Positions 8,357 through 19,028 of a stretch of 64,000 nt of DNA are shown one piece after another. The notes below the pieces were generated by a model. That model saw only the letters and a program-made list of their open reading frames with translations. It was not told the DNA's origin and ran no database searches. The translations under genes were made by a program, and so were the position numbers. The DNA is from a virus, in the IMG/VR virus record IMGVR_UViG_3300037247_001096, positions 1-64,000 of that record; one strand, given 5' to 3'. Position 1 is the first letter of the stretch; each line of letters opens with the position of its first letter.

Positions 8357-11300
8357 TTAGCGCTCTTCAGCTTCGCGCCGCAGGCGTTCCTTCACATCCG
8401 AGGCAAGGGGAGCCTCGAAATACCCCATATCCCGCCACATCTGCTGGTAGCGCTTGAGTTGCTCCTGGGCCGCCTCCGAGCGGACTGTCGTGACGAACCC
8501 CTGACGGAAGAGCTCGGCATCGAGGGCGGGACTGGCCTCCCGCATGATTTGCCTCAGCTTAGAGATACTCGGGGCATCTTCCCCAAAGGTTTGCTTGAGT
8601 GACCCATTAAGCACCTGATCGACCAAGCGAGCTACGTCGGCTGGAGAGGCCCGGCGCTCATCTTTCTGAAGCGCCTGGACGAGCTGTGACTCTAGGTCAT
8701 CTAGACTCACGCCCAACGTCACCGCAACCTCCTCACGCATACGGAAGTACCCAGAAGGCTCGACGACATCCTCGAAGCGGGTGCGCATGTGCCGGCGCAC
8801 CTCCGTCTCCCTACGTGTAAGCCACTGTTCTACGAGGGGCTGGAACTCCTCTGGTACCTGAGCCAGGGACGCATCGCGGTCGGCGAAGAACGCCTCCCAA
8901 TCGGGCACCCTAGTCTCCTTGTCCCGGTAGTCGTCAAGGTCGATATTGTAGTAGGCGTCCAGAGCGGCGTTCACAGTACCGGCGGGCGCCTCCCCCTGAT
9001 CCTCAAAGTCGACACCTAGCCCCTCGCGGAAGCCCCGAATCTCGAAATACTCAGCAGACTGAGCCTCGCCATACTGCTCCCGGTAGTCGGAGCCGGTCAT
9101 ACGACCACTTACATAGGAGTCCTCGACGCTCTGCCGTGTCTCCGCGTGAGTCCCAGCGATGCGGTCACGCCCCTCACGGTACTTCCGCCAGAACTTCTCG
9201 CGCTCGCGCTCCCGAATCGGCCGTACCCGCCCCTCAGTTACCGCCACCACATTCGGGTGGTTACGAACGAAGTCCTGAGCCGGCGCGTTGTTCTCCAAAC
9301 CCTCCCACGGCACCCCAAAGGAGTACTGAGAGACCTGGTTCATGACGGGCTCCAGAGCCTCGAACGCCGTCTCGGGTGAGGTGCGGAGCCCGAAGAACTC
9401 GGCGAGGAACCGGGTACCCTTGCGCATGTGATCTCCCTCCTGAAGGAGAGCGTCGAGGGTGATGGGAGCGAACTTGTCAAGGGCATAGTCCGCTAGTTTT
9501 CGTGGGTCGTCGACGAACTCCCAGAAGTTGACCGAATACCCCATAAAGTCCTCACCCTCAAGGAAGTCCATAAAAGTACTTGTAAGAGGGGCGGTACGGC
9601 TTCGCCACTGACGGACGATGGGGTTGTCCCATAGGGCCTGCTCCCAATTCTCGAAGTCCCAGTTGTCCTTGTTGGCTAGACCCCCAAAGAGGGCAATACC
9701 TGAACGGTAGACACCGCCTATCCCGTACCAGTCTTTACCCATCTTCATTGACATGAACTTCTTACCACTGGTCGGATTGAGGGATGTCTTGATGTCCTCG
9801 AAAACTTCGTCTTCACTCTTCCCCGTGGCGGCACCGTGAGCAGCAATCAACCCAGACATTATTGACATCCCGCCCAACATCAGCTTCGCCATCGTTGCCC
9901 GGGCCTGGGCCGGGGTGTAGCCCTTCCCCAACATATAGGACATCGTGCCAAGGAACGATCTTGTGTAGCGGGTGGCGAACCACACATAAGCGGACTCGAT
10001 CTGATGCTGCCGACTGGAGATGACCCCGCCTAGCTTCGGCTGTCCAATGAGAGTGTCGGTGAAGCGAGCCAGTCGGAACATCTCCTCGTGGAGTGCTGCG
10101 CCCGACAGAGGCCGGGCGCCGGCAGCTTTTGCCATCAATCCCGGTTTGGTCGCCACCTCTGCGAAGGAGTCGAAGGCCAACGTTCGGCCGTAGGCCAGGG
10201 AGGAGTCGAAACCAACCTGTAGTCGGTTAATGAAGGAGCGAACGGGAAATGTAGCCACATCAATAATAGGTGAGACTACAGGGGCACGCGGAAGGCCCAG
10301 GCCGCCAATACGGGCTGCCTCCATGAGCTCCGAAGTCATACCCAGGTCTCCACCATAGAGAGCGTACTGCTGAGCAGCCTTGCTGTTAGCCATCCAGCGG
10401 TAGAACTGCTTTGGTTCTACCAGCGCATTGTAGAAACCCCGCGCCATCGCCTCAGCCCAGCCCTTTGGCCCGGCCGGACTTGCGGCAAGAGTGAGGAGCT
10501 GGATGGCGCCCCACCCCGTGTCCAAGGAACCCGTCAACATCAGACGAGCGATACCATTTATCTTCTGGGGAACGGCAATCACCGGGTTCCTCGTGCCGGG
10601 GCCAATGATGGTCTCAATTGCCTGGAAGTGCTCCTTGTTCATGACCCCAATAACCTGCGAGCCTAGGTCAGTACCATAGGTCTCCGTGAGGCGCGGCCCG
10701 TGCTCACCAGCAGCGCGGAGGATACCCTCCTCACGCAGGTAGCGGGCCATGAGGGAATCACGAGTGAGCTTCTGCGCCGACTCGATGGCCCCATCCATCT
10801 GGTTCAGGACACCGGGGCGGTACTTGATACCGTACTGTTGTATGGCCTCCTGCTGCTCCTCAAAGAGGCGCTTGTGTAGCATGGGCGGCTTGCCCCGGCG
10901 AGTACCGGGGGAAACGTTCCAGAGCTTTCGCACAGGATCAACAGCGACACGGGGCCACCACACATCCTTCTTGCGGATGGACATACCCGTAGCCTGCTCC
11001 GCAAAGCTGATGTGGGGCTCCATTGCAACTCGAGCTCGCGCAACCCAGTCGACCTGCTCCTGCGTGAGCCTCCCCAGGTAGGTCTTCTCTCCCCGCATGA
11101 CACTCTCGAATACGTCTCCGACAGCAATCCACTCCCCCTCCCCCTCGCGGAAGAGGTTCCCTACGGTGCGGCGGCCGGCACCCGCTACCTTGGGCATCCA
11201 GATTTGACCGACTTCATTCTCGATGAAAGGCACCTTCGCTCCCCGGAACGGCGCCATCGTCATGAAGCGGGCCGCTGTATCTTCAGCCTGCTGGAAGTGC

Positions 11301-13021
11301 CAACCGAAGGCAGCCTTAAGCGCGGGCTCGTCCGCGAGTGCCAGGCGGTTGACAATCTCCTGTACACGCCTTCCCATCGGAACCCAGTCCGCTACCTTAC
11401 CCGCAATAAGGCGCAGGAAGTCCCGGGCCTCGGGGCGCTCAATGTGCGCACGAATCTTCGTGCGGAACCCTTCAATGGTTGGGCCGGTAGCACCACCGGC
11501 CATCTGCGGGTAGGGGAGTTCGCCAGGCTGTAGCAGGCGTACTCCCTCGGGATTCGCCACCCGAACACCCCCACGAGCACCGGCGAGACTTTCCTCGGCC
11601 GGCATGGGGAGGACGGCCCCCTCCTCTGACGTGAAGACCTGAATAACAGGTTTTCCCCCATGTGCGCGGACATTGACACCAGCATAGACTTCCGCATCCT
11701 TGGCAGAAGCCGTCAGGAATGCCCCTTCACCCACGGCCGCCTCCTGGTTCGTCGACATCCCCCTGTAGAATATCCGGCGCTCACCCACCGTCGCCCCTAG
11801 TTCCCCAAGGTCGACCGGGAGCTGGCCGCCCTGAATGAGTATCTCCGTAGCGGGCTCACCACGCACCGGCCAGTGGCGGGCCTTGCGGACGGCAGCACGC
11901 ATGGAGGCTCGGGTGAACCCCGAAATACCTGGGCCAAGCAACGCTCCAGGAAGAGCCCCAACGATACCAGGCAACCCAACCGCCTCGGCCGTTTCCTCAC
12001 CAACCCCCATACCTACCGCCACCTCTGCCCCGAGTCTGGCCTTTGCAGCGAGACCAGCTCCCGGGAAAACGACGAGAGACCCGATGAGTATAGGGTCGCC
12101 CGCAATCTCTACTGTATTAACAATGGCCGGTTTCAGGAAGGGAACATCCGCCATGTTCTTGTCAATGGCTTCCCCCGCGCTCTCGCCTAGAGTAAGAAGG
12201 CTCCACTCGCTCTTGGGAGGCGTCATCATCATCATCACAGCGTTATTGAACAGCTCCGCAAAGCCTGCGTCCGAAGCGAGGAATTGGGTGTAGTTGTCTG
12301 GGTGGGCCTTATTAATCTCCTCCAGCGACCGCAGTAATGCCCTCAACGGGTTGAGCGTCCCAGAGCTTGCAATAGCCGTCGGGCTGTTCCGCACCCCCGG
12401 GGCAACTTCCCTGTTGAGTTGCTCTATCCCCTCGGGGTCGAAATCCTTATACTGCTTGATGAACTCCTCTAGGTTCTTGTATGTATTAAAGAGGGTGAAG
12501 TAAGCATCAAGAATGTCCTCCTGCCTCCCTGTCTGCGGCATGAGACTTCCAGCCATCATCCTCTCATCCGCATCCACCACAGGATCAGGAGGCAGACCCG
12601 AGAGGCTATCGTTTAGGGAGTCCCACCGCTCAGTGAACTGGACGAACTCCCGCCCTGCCGCCGCAACAGGGTCGAACTCACGCGGTGCCGGAACCTCTAT
12701 CGGTTCTCCTTCTGGGGAGACGCGAACACGGCCCCTCTCACGGCCAGGAGTAATGGGCGCTTTGGGCTCCCACCACTCAAACTGGAACTCGCGCGGGCGC
12801 CTCGCTTCGCGCTTTTGCTCGAACCGTTCCTGCGGCGTGAGCCGGGGTACCGGTTCGGCGCGGGGGGGCGGCTCAGCAGTCGTGGGAGTTGCCACAGGAG
12901 TGGGCACCGGCTGCGGGCTGGGCGTGGGAGCAATCGGAGGTGGGCGACGGCGCTCTTCACGGCGCTGGCGCCCTCGCTCGCGGGCTTCACCCTCAGGTTC
13001 ATCGCCTGTACGAAGGGGCAT
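8357..13021 (-). CDS. Large (1554 aa) probable internal virion/ejection protein
   Basis: Size and position between portal and scaffold; no recognisable enzyme motif. Confidence 0.55.
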   Translation of the reverse strand: MPLRTGDEPEGEARERGRQRREERRRPPPIAPTPSPQPVPTPVATPTTAEPPPRAEPVPRLTPQERFEQKREARRPREFQFEWWEPKAPITPGRERGRVRVSPEGEPIEVPAPREFDPVAAAGREFVQFTERWDSLNDSLSGLPPDPVVDADERMMAGSLMPQTGRQEDILDAYFTLFNTYKNLEEFIKQYKDFDPEGIEQLNREVAPGVRNSPTAIASSGTLNPLRALLRSLEEINKAHPDNYTQFLASDAGFAELFNNAVMMMMTPPKSEWSLLTLGESAGEAIDKNMADVPFLKPAIVNTVEIAGDPILIGSLVVFPGAGLAAKARLGAEVAVGMGVGEETAEAVGLPGIVGALPGALLGPGISGFTRASMRAAVRKARHWPVRGEPATEILIQGGQLPVDLGELGATVGERRIFYRGMSTNQEAAVGEGAFLTASAKDAEVYAGVNVRAHGGKPVIQVFTSEEGAVLPMPAEESLAGARGGVRVANPEGVRLLQPGELPYPQMAGGATGPTIEGFRTKIRAHIERPEARDFLRLIAGKVADWVPMGRRVQEIVNRLALADEPALKAAFGWHFQQAEDTAARFMTMAPFRGAKVPFIENEVGQIWMPKVAGAGRRTVGNLFREGEGEWIAVGDVFESVMRGEKTYLGRLTQEQVDWVARARVAMEPHISFAEQATGMSIRKKDVWWPRVAVDPVRKLWNVSPGTRRGKPPMLHKRLFEEQQEAIQQYGIKYRPGVLNQMDGAIESAQKLTRDSLMARYLREEGILRAAGEHGPRLTETYGTDLGSQVIGVMNKEHFQAIETIIGPGTRNPVIAVPQKINGIARLMLTGSLDTGWGAIQLLTLAASPAGPKGWAEAMARGFYNALVEPKQFYRWMANSKAAQQYALYGGDLGMTSELMEAARIGGLGLPRAPVVSPIIDVATFPVRSFINRLQVGFDSSLAYGRTLAFDSFAEVATKPGLMAKAAGARPLSGAALHEEMFRLARFTDTLIGQPKLGGVISSRQHQIESAYVWFATRYTRSFLGTMSYMLGKGYTPAQARATMAKLMLGGMSIMSGLIAAHGAATGKSEDEVFEDIKTSLNPTSGKKFMSMKMGKDWYGIGGVYRSGIALFGGLANKDNWDFENWEQALWDNPIVRQWRSRTAPLTSTFMDFLEGEDFMGYSVNFWEFVDDPRKLADYALDKFAPITLDALLQEGDHMRKGTRFLAEFFGLRTSPETAFEALEPVMNQVSQYSFGVPWEGLENNAPAQDFVRNHPNVVAVTEGRVRPIREREREKFWRKYREGRDRIAGTHAETRQSVEDSYVSGRMTGSDYREQYGEAQSAEYFEIRGFREGLGVDFEDQGEAPAGTVNAALDAYYNIDLDDYRDKETRVPDWEAFFADRDASLAQVPEEFQPLVEQWLTRRETEVRRHMRTRFEDVVEPSGYFRMREEVAVTLGVSLDDLESQLVQALQKDERRASPADVARLVDQVLNGSLKQTFGEDAPSISKLRQIMREASPALDAELFRQGFVTTVRSEAAQEQLKRYQQMWRDMGYFEAPLASDVKERLRREAEER

Positions 13022-13023
13022 CT

Positions 13024-13206
13024 TTACTTCCCAAAGCCTGCGCCGCTAGGAAGGCTACACGGCTTCCAATCATAAACAATAGCAAACGTCCAGTGGCGCC
13101 ATTGGAACCAGAACAGGTTCCATCCTTCTCGAAAACTCATACGTAAAGGCATCCGACGACAGAGTGGACTAGTGCATAGACGATGACTTGACGCGAAAAT
13201 CTTCAT
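13024..13206 (-). CDS. Small hypothetical protein (W/F-rich)
   Basis: GGGGAGGG RBS; lower GC than neighbours. Confidence 0.45.
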   Translation of the reverse strand: MKIFASSHRLCTSPLCRRMPLRMSFREGWNLFWFQWRHWTFAIVYDWKPCSLPSGAGFGK

Positions 13207-13221
13207 TTCTATACCCTCCCC

Positions 13222-13419
13222 TTACGCAAAGCAGGAGGCGGGGCACGCCTCATGCTTCTCCTCTGGGCGCACACAGTCGTCACAGAAGAAAGTGAAACAA
13301 ACGTCTTCGTTTCCTTTTTCTGTACCAAAGTACACCCATGTAGCCAGGTTAGTACAGCGCCCTTTCCCATACGCAGGACTCGCGGCACACCTCTGTCCTA
13401 CCATCTTATGTGCAGACAT
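13222..13419 (-). CDS. Small Cys-rich (Zn-finger-like) protein, paralogue of 19021-19380
   Basis: C...C..xATW...FFC(D)xx motif; GGAGGAGG RBS. Confidence 0.55.
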   Translation of the reverse strand: MSAHKMVGQRCAASPAYGKGRCTNLATWVYFGTEKGNEDVCFTFFCDDCVRPEEKHEACPASCFA

Positions 13420-13811
13420 TATACACCTCCTCCAAAAAACTTGCGGCTTCGTCCGATCTTTCTGTGCAGCTTCGCACGCTTCTGCATCTTCATCTGTGTG
13501 AGGAAAGGAGTAATCTGCGCCATCAGTTCCTGGCGCGTCTCGTCGTCCAGACCTAGCGCATTCACCGGCCTCTCCTCGCGCGTGGGGGTGAGGGTGGGCG
13601 GCGTGGCCCGGGGCGCGGCGCCCTGGGGTCGCGGCTGCTGGAGAGCCTGCTCCTGGGGGCTCGTGCGGTTCTGGGCCGGCGCCGTGGGTGGGGGAGGCCC
13701 GCCCCGCCGGGGGATACCCGGGCGGTCGAGTAGGCCCTCCCGTACCTTAGCCAAACCACGTTTTCTATTGAAGGCATTCGCCAAAGTCGAACTACTTCCT
13801 GTTTGTGCCAT
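13419..13811 (-). CDS. Basic, Pro-rich hypothetical virion protein
   Basis: ORF abuts both neighbours; R/K-rich C-terminus. Confidence 0.55.
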   Translation of the reverse strand: MAQTGSSSTLANAFNRKRGLAKVREGLLDRPGIPRRGGPPPPTAPAQNRTSPQEQALQQPRPQGAAPRATPPTLTPTREERPVNALGLDDETRQELMAQITPFLTQMKMQKRAKLHRKIGRSRKFFGGGV

Positions 13812-13813
13812 CG

Positions 13814-14767
13814 CTAAGCCCTTCGAGCGCTCACTACAGGGCCGCCGGTCGCTGTCTGAGCTATCCGGCCGCGCTCACCCTTCCGGCCCCGGATTTGAGC
13901 TGTCAACTGTCCGATGTCATCACCGAACCGTTCCTGGAGGAAGTCACTCGGAGAGAACTTGTAGACTGGTGTGACGCGGGGGCGCGAGATGAGTGCCTCT
14001 GTCTCCTCGAATCGACGCTCACCAGTCTCCGTCACAGTCTCATCTCTTGTTGTAGTAATCTCCTGGTCGGTAATCTCGGTGATGGTCTCCTGCTGGCGCT
14101 GGGTATCCTCGTCGATGATACGCTGGATGCTCTCCTCCGTGACCTGCTCCCCACTCTCCCTCAGCACTTCCTCCGCCCGGGTACGGGTCATACGTGTAAT
14201 TTCTTGTGTGGTGACCTCGCCTGTGCGAGTACCGAGAAGCTGCTCCTCACCCCCAACGCCCGCCACCTCGAAGATGTCCTCTCCTGCTGCCGCCCTCTGC
14301 GCCAAGTTTCCCATGTACTCATTCACCATGGTCTGCATGAAGCCTGTAGTCGGGTCGAGCATGAGGTTGAGGTCGCCCTGGCTCATACCTGCTTCTACCA
14401 TGTCCTGCGCGTAGCCGGCAAGGGCGTTCCCAAAGTCGTCAAGGAACTCCTCGGGCGTCGGCACGTCGATATAGACCCGGGTAACCTGTTTGATGAACTC
14501 ATCGAACTCCCGGGTGGTCGTGCCGGTGATGTCCCGTTCTAACTCGCCCCGAGTCTCCCGCTCACCAGTCGTGCGGATGTCCTCGGCGCGGCCGTCACCC
14601 GCAGCTTCCTCAGCCGCCTCTTCCTCCCCCTCTAACCACTCCCGAATCATGTCTTCAACGTCAAGACCCTCTGGCTCTTGTCCCTGCGCCGGCGCGTCTC
14701 GGCAGGGTACTTCCTCGATGCCCCAGCCACGGTTGCGGTAGCATTTGTTTCCTATTCGGAAGGGCAT
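13814..14767 (-). CDS. Acidic E/T-rich hypothetical virion protein
   Basis: 317 aa downstream of the portal; AAGGAG RBS. Confidence 0.6.
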   Translation of the reverse strand: MPFRIGNKCYRNRGWGIEEVPCRDAPAQGQEPEGLDVEDMIREWLEGEEEAAEEAAGDGRAEDIRTTGERETRGELERDITGTTTREFDEFIKQVTRVYIDVPTPEEFLDDFGNALAGYAQDMVEAGMSQGDLNLMLDPTTGFMQTMVNEYMGNLAQRAAAGEDIFEVAGVGGEEQLLGTRTGEVTTQEITRMTRTRAEEVLRESGEQVTEESIQRIIDEDTQRQQETITEITDQEITTTRDETVTETGERRFEETEALISRPRVTPVYKFSPSDFLQERFGDDIGQLTAQIRGRKGERGRIAQTATGGPVVSARRA

Positions 14768-14946
14768 TACCGTAAACTCCTTACAACACGCATCCGCTTC
14801 CGGCCGGCCTTTCGCTGATCGGCAAGCTGTGCACTAACGGAGCGAGGCGGCGGCGCCTTCGTGGGCGTCTCCAGTTCCTGCTTCGTGAACTTCCTCCCGA
14901 ACAGTTGCTCGACGAGACGGTCTGCGCGTTCTGTTGGCGTGGCCAC
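14767..14946 (-). CDS. 59-aa basic protein (not in ORF track)
   Basis: GTG overlapping the portal stop; reads MATPTERADRLVEQLFGRKF...RKRMRVVRSLR and fills the gap exactly. Confidence 0.55.
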   Translation of the reverse strand: MATPTERADRLVEQLFGRKFTKQELETPTKAPPPRSVSAQLADQRKAGRKRMRVVRSLR

Positions 14947-16934
14947 TAGACCCCCACCCGCTGACCTGCGGCACCCGCAGCTTCGGCCCCTTCGGGCAAA
15001 TTACGCTCCGTCCCGGTTCTTGCTGTACTCAAGGCTAAGGGGCCGGCCTCAGGCCCGGGAACCTGGAAGCCTTCACGTGAGGGAGTGGAACCTGTAATCT
15101 GGCGAATCTTCGCTTCTTCTATGAACTTCTGGGCGAACTCCTGCTGGCGAATGCGGGCCGCCATCTCCATCTCGCCGTGGCGCTCCAGGGCCATTGCCAT
15201 TTGCTCCAGGATGATAACAGGGTCTTGTGTAGCCAAGTCCTCCCAGATACGGTCGGCCTCGGCCATTGGGTCGTCCACCTGGATGATGTCCTCTAGGACG
15301 GTCATCAACGACAGCATCGGCCGGCGCGGGTCGAGCGCCATACGTGCGGCCGTCATGCGGACGGTCAGGTCGTCCGGCAGGGCCGGCTTCAGCACCGGAA
15401 CCGGCCGATAGTGGCGGCCTGCATCCAGTTCGGTCATCGGGTCAAACTCAATGTTGAACCACGTCTTCTTCGGTGTGGCGGCCTGGAGCTCGAACTTCCC
15501 GATGATGGGCGCCGCTTTCTGAAGCTGTGCCAGGATGCACGTTCCCATTCGCGTCCCGAATTGCTCGGGGCCGCTCTGGTAGGGCGCCAGTGAGCTCAGG
15601 GCCGCATTCGTGATCTGTTGAAGGAGGACGCCACTCGCCAAGTTGGGCGTCACCGCCTGGAGCACGTTGGACAGAATACCCTTCTGCCGCTCCTCCTGAA
15701 GGAGTTGCACCAACCGGTAGGCGTCCTGGGTGATGGGCTGTGGACGGAGCGTATCCACCGATTCTTGTGGCGTCAGCACAACATGCGCCCCAATACCCCG
15801 TTCAAACTCCGGCATCTCGCCAGTGGGGGTCTTGAAGACCAGCGTGTCATAAACATTGAGGGTGAAGTGCTGGAAGATGGTGGCGATAATTTCATTATAC
15901 TGAGGCACCTGATCCTCAACCGAACTCAGGATACCGCGCCCCATTTCCGCCACTCCAGATGCAGCGCCGTGCCAGGCAAGCGAATCCATCGCCAGCAAGT
16001 CGGCCCGTTCCTGGAGGCGCTGCTCCAGCGGCGAGCGCACAGCGGGCTTATGCAGAACGTGCGCCCCATTCACCGGCACGCCTACTACCGGGAGCTCGTC
16101 ATAGGTGTAGCCATGGAAAAACGGCGGGACGAGCCAGCGGGCATCCTTACCCATCGTGTCTCCTATCGCCATGCCCATGAAGCCACCGGTCGCTACAGGG
16201 GCGCCCACCGTACCGAGCACCGCTACGATTCCTTTCCGGTTGCCCCGGTCGTTGCTCCAGTACTCCAGCTTCATGGCGGGCGTATTTGGGTCAAAGTTGG
16301 ACTTGTCCATTAAATCCTGGTAGACCTCGGGGTAACTTGCCACCAGAGCGCCCAGAGTTGTTTCTTTCTCGATGAGTACGTGGTTCAGTCCCCACTCGTC
16401 GACGTGAGGGTAGACATCACGGGCATCATAGATTTCGGCGATGAGCGGCGAGCGCCGGTACTTGAGCGCCTCTGTGGTGACGTGGAACTTACCCCAAATC
16501 ATACCCCGGTGGAGGCCCTGATAGACAACCTGAGTCCAGAGGGGTGCCCGGAGGCGCATCCCGAAGAGCTCGTCCATATCGTAGACCAGACCCTCCAGAG
16601 TGCGCTCGACACGCCCTACCCGGCGCCGCATTTCCTGGTTCTCGTCCTCGGCACCCCTAAGGGGGATGCGCCACATGGTCGGGTTGCGCGTAAGGATGGC
16701 CAGAGCTGCGTCAACTCCAGTACGGGGCTCGTTCGATACGAAGCGCCGGGCCACGCCCAAAGGCTTCGACTGCTGCAAAACATCCAAAAGTAGGTACATC
16801 TGCTCCCAGTAGTCCTGCCTGAGCGAAAGCGGCCGCCAATACTGCTTGAGCTGATGCTGCCTCGTCAAGAGGTCAGTCTTCAACTTCGCCAGCATATCCT
16901 CGCCACGGACTAGGGCTGTTACAGGAAGTGCCAT
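14946..16934 (-). CDS. Portal protein
   Basis: 662 aa directly downstream of TerL; helical composition typical of podovirus-like portals. Confidence 0.75.
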   Translation of the reverse strand: MALPVTALVRGEDMLAKLKTDLLTRQHQLKQYWRPLSLRQDYWEQMYLLLDVLQQSKPLGVARRFVSNEPRTGVDAALAILTRNPTMWRIPLRGAEDENQEMRRRVGRVERTLEGLVYDMDELFGMRLRAPLWTQVVYQGLHRGMIWGKFHVTTEALKYRRSPLIAEIYDARDVYPHVDEWGLNHVLIEKETTLGALVASYPEVYQDLMDKSNFDPNTPAMKLEYWSNDRGNRKGIVAVLGTVGAPVATGGFMGMAIGDTMGKDARWLVPPFFHGYTYDELPVVGVPVNGAHVLHKPAVRSPLEQRLQERADLLAMDSLAWHGAASGVAEMGRGILSSVEDQVPQYNEIIATIFQHFTLNVYDTLVFKTPTGEMPEFERGIGAHVVLTPQESVDTLRPQPITQDAYRLVQLLQEERQKGILSNVLQAVTPNLASGVLLQQITNAALSSLAPYQSGPEQFGTRMGTCILAQLQKAAPIIGKFELQAATPKKTWFNIEFDPMTELDAGRHYRPVPVLKPALPDDLTVRMTAARMALDPRRPMLSLMTVLEDIIQVDDPMAEADRIWEDLATQDPVIILEQMAMALERHGEMEMAARIRQQEFAQKFIEEAKIRQITGSTPSREGFQVPGPEAGPLALSTARTGTERNLPEGAEAAGAAGQRVGV

Positions 16935-16937
16935 GTG

Positions 16938-17099
16938 TTACTGAATCCCCAACTCCTGCTTGACTTCTTCCCACGGCGTGACCTTAGAACCCCCGGCTCT
17001 CCACTCAGCTAGGGACTTCCGCACCCCCGCCATGAACTCTTCATCCGCAAGTACTCTCTTGCGGAGCTCCTCTTTCTGTTGGTGGGTCAGCTCTTTCAC
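16938..17099 (-). CDS. Small protein, antitoxin-like C-terminus
   Basis: AAAGGAGG RBS then GTG; EEFMAGVRKSLAEWRAG...TPWEEVKQELG resembles addiction-module antitoxin tails. Confidence 0.4.
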   Translation of the reverse strand: MKELTHQQKEELRKRVLADEEFMAGVRKSLAEWRAGGSKVTPWEEVKQELGIQ

Positions 17100-17112
17100 C
17101 TTCTTACCTCCT

Positions 17113-18894
17113 TTAACGTAACCACGGACGCGGCCGTGCTCCCGCAAGGCTACGGTCTAGCACCTGGCCAAATCGCCCAACTGTGACCACTTCATTCTCA
17201 CGAATAGGCCCCCCTGTCGAGACCCGCTGCTTTGCAGTATACCGCGCCCGTGCCTGATCCGCAATGTAGCAGAGCCCGGCGTAGCACATCACAATGTCAT
17301 CCTTCTGACCCTTCCCCGCTTCCTTCAGGCCGTGGCGTTTCTGCGCCACTTTTTGCCAGGTGAACGCACCCATCTGCTGTACTCCCCAAGCGTCAGAGGT
17401 GTGGAAGGTGCCGGCGAAGACATGCTCGCGGAGAGCCGTCAGAATGTGCTGGCGAATCTGAGTAGGGTGCCCCCACGGGTCGAGAATGGGTGTCTTGATA
17501 CTCATAGACTTCCCGGGCTCCAAGAAGAACCATAGATTACGGTAGCCAATTTCCTGTACTTTCGCCACACAGACCGAGCCGAAGGCGTCTCGCTCACCAC
17601 CCAGCAGGGCGTTGTTATAGAACTTGGCGATGGCCACCGCCATCGGCGCGAGCTCCTGGGGCGCCACCTTTATCGCCAGCCGCGCGGCGACGAACATCTC
17701 CGCCGCATCCAACACGACGATAGTGGAGTAGTCTGAAGCCTCATCCAGGCCGCCGCCGGCGCAGTCCACCCAGACAGCATACGGCCGGCCCATCTGAGGG
17801 CGCTGCCAGACATGCAGATGGGGCATCGGGAACACCACGGAGGAGCCTGGCAGTTGGGTGACGATTTCTTTAGGCGGGCTCACTGTGTTGCGGAACTTGT
17901 CCAGATGGTTGATGCCGTCCTGAGATGCGAAGTAGTTTCCTCCCGCCATAAGAAAACACCCCTCCAACGTCTCGACATACTCCTGGAGGAAGGGCGCATC
18001 GGTCTTGTCCTGCTCCGCCTTCCTAACCCGGCGCCAGATAATCTTCCCCACGTCTAACTCGTACTCCGCCATGAGGCGCTCTTCTTCATCCGTTGGAGTA
18101 AATGTACGGAGGAGGTGCTCCCACTCGTCCTCCGAGTAAGGAACGTCGCAGCCGGGCGTAGTCCCGGCACGGTAGCGAGGCTCCATCCACCAGGAGTAGA
18201 AGTGAGTAGTCCAGCGAGACATCGGGTCGTATGTCTTCGAGTCCGACACCATCTGATAGAACGTACCCTCTGCCCCATTAGGAGTCGACTCGATGTCGAA
18301 CCAGCCATAAGGCGGGCCGGGCACGGACGGTGTGATACCCCCGATGAGGACATTTGCCCGCTCTAGGGGCCAGTGAGCAAATTCTGACAAATGACACAGG
18401 TGTGCGCTGTAGGCTCTACCAGCAGTCCGCTCCTCACCAGAGCCCCATATCCACCGGCACTCGTTGTCTTCAAGAACCAGCTCGCTGTCGTTATCCAGAC
18501 CAACCTTAAACTCCCAGCCCTGCTGCTTTAGGTCACGGAGGTGGTGCCGCACCCGAGCACGGAACGTGTTGGTCGTCTGGTCGTCCTGGGTCATCGTTAG
18601 GCACTTCAGGCCGGCGCCCGTCACCATCCGCCGCACGTTCTTAGCCAGGATAAACGAAGAGGCCCGTGTCTGGCGGCCCTTGACCGTTAAGTCGCGGCCC
18701 GTCTTGTTGTGGGCCATCGCCCGTTGCTGGGGGAAGAGTTTGAAGGGGACGACCTGTCCCTGCTCATTGTCGATTGTGAGCAGCGACTCTATCCAATCGA
18801 TCTCGTCTTGGGGGTCTGTACCAAAGAAGAGACGAGCCGTCTCCGAGTCAAATTCACCATAGTCGATACGCTCACGCGCTGTGGGAGTGGCCAT
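17113..18894 (-). CDS. terL: Terminase large subunit
   Basis: FKLFPQQ, KGRQ Walker A variant, HLSEFAHW Walker B, IESTPNG coupling motif, RNase H-like VDCAGG/DYS/DDIV. Confidence 0.9.
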   Translation of the reverse strand: MATPTARERIDYGEFDSETARLFFGTDPQDEIDWIESLLTIDNEQGQVVPFKLFPQQRAMAHNKTGRDLTVKGRQTRASSFILAKNVRRMVTGAGLKCLTMTQDDQTTNTFRARVRHHLRDLKQQGWEFKVGLDNDSELVLEDNECRWIWGSGEERTAGRAYSAHLCHLSEFAHWPLERANVLIGGITPSVPGPPYGWFDIESTPNGAEGTFYQMVSDSKTYDPMSRWTTHFYSWWMEPRYRAGTTPGCDVPYSEDEWEHLLRTFTPTDEEERLMAEYELDVGKIIWRRVRKAEQDKTDAPFLQEYVETLEGCFLMAGGNYFASQDGINHLDKFRNTVSPPKEIVTQLPGSSVVFPMPHLHVWQRPQMGRPYAVWVDCAGGGLDEASDYSTIVVLDAAEMFVAARLAIKVAPQELAPMAVAIAKFYNNALLGGERDAFGSVCVAKVQEIGYRNLWFFLEPGKSMSIKTPILDPWGHPTQIRQHILTALREHVFAGTFHTSDAWGVQQMGAFTWQKVAQKRHGLKEAGKGQKDDIVMCYAGLCYIADQARARYTAKQRVSTGGPIRENEVVTVGRFGQVLDRSLAGARPRPWLR

Positions 18895-18902
18895 TCCGTC
18901 TC

Positions 18903-19028
18903 CTAATGGAGTAGGGCGATCAAGGCAATTACCAAGGCCGCAAGCCCGGATACGCTAGCCAATATCGTGGCCCAGGTGTTAAGCATGACCCACCGGGGAC
19001 TCCAGCCATTATCATGGTCGCTAGGCAT
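18903..19028 (-). CDS. 41-aa single-pass membrane protein (not in ORF track)
   Basis: GGAGG RBS; MPSDHDNGWSPRWVMLNTWATILASVSGLAALVIALIALLH. Confidence 0.5.
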   Translation of the reverse strand: MPSDHDNGWSPRWVMLNTWATILASVSGLAALVIALIALLH

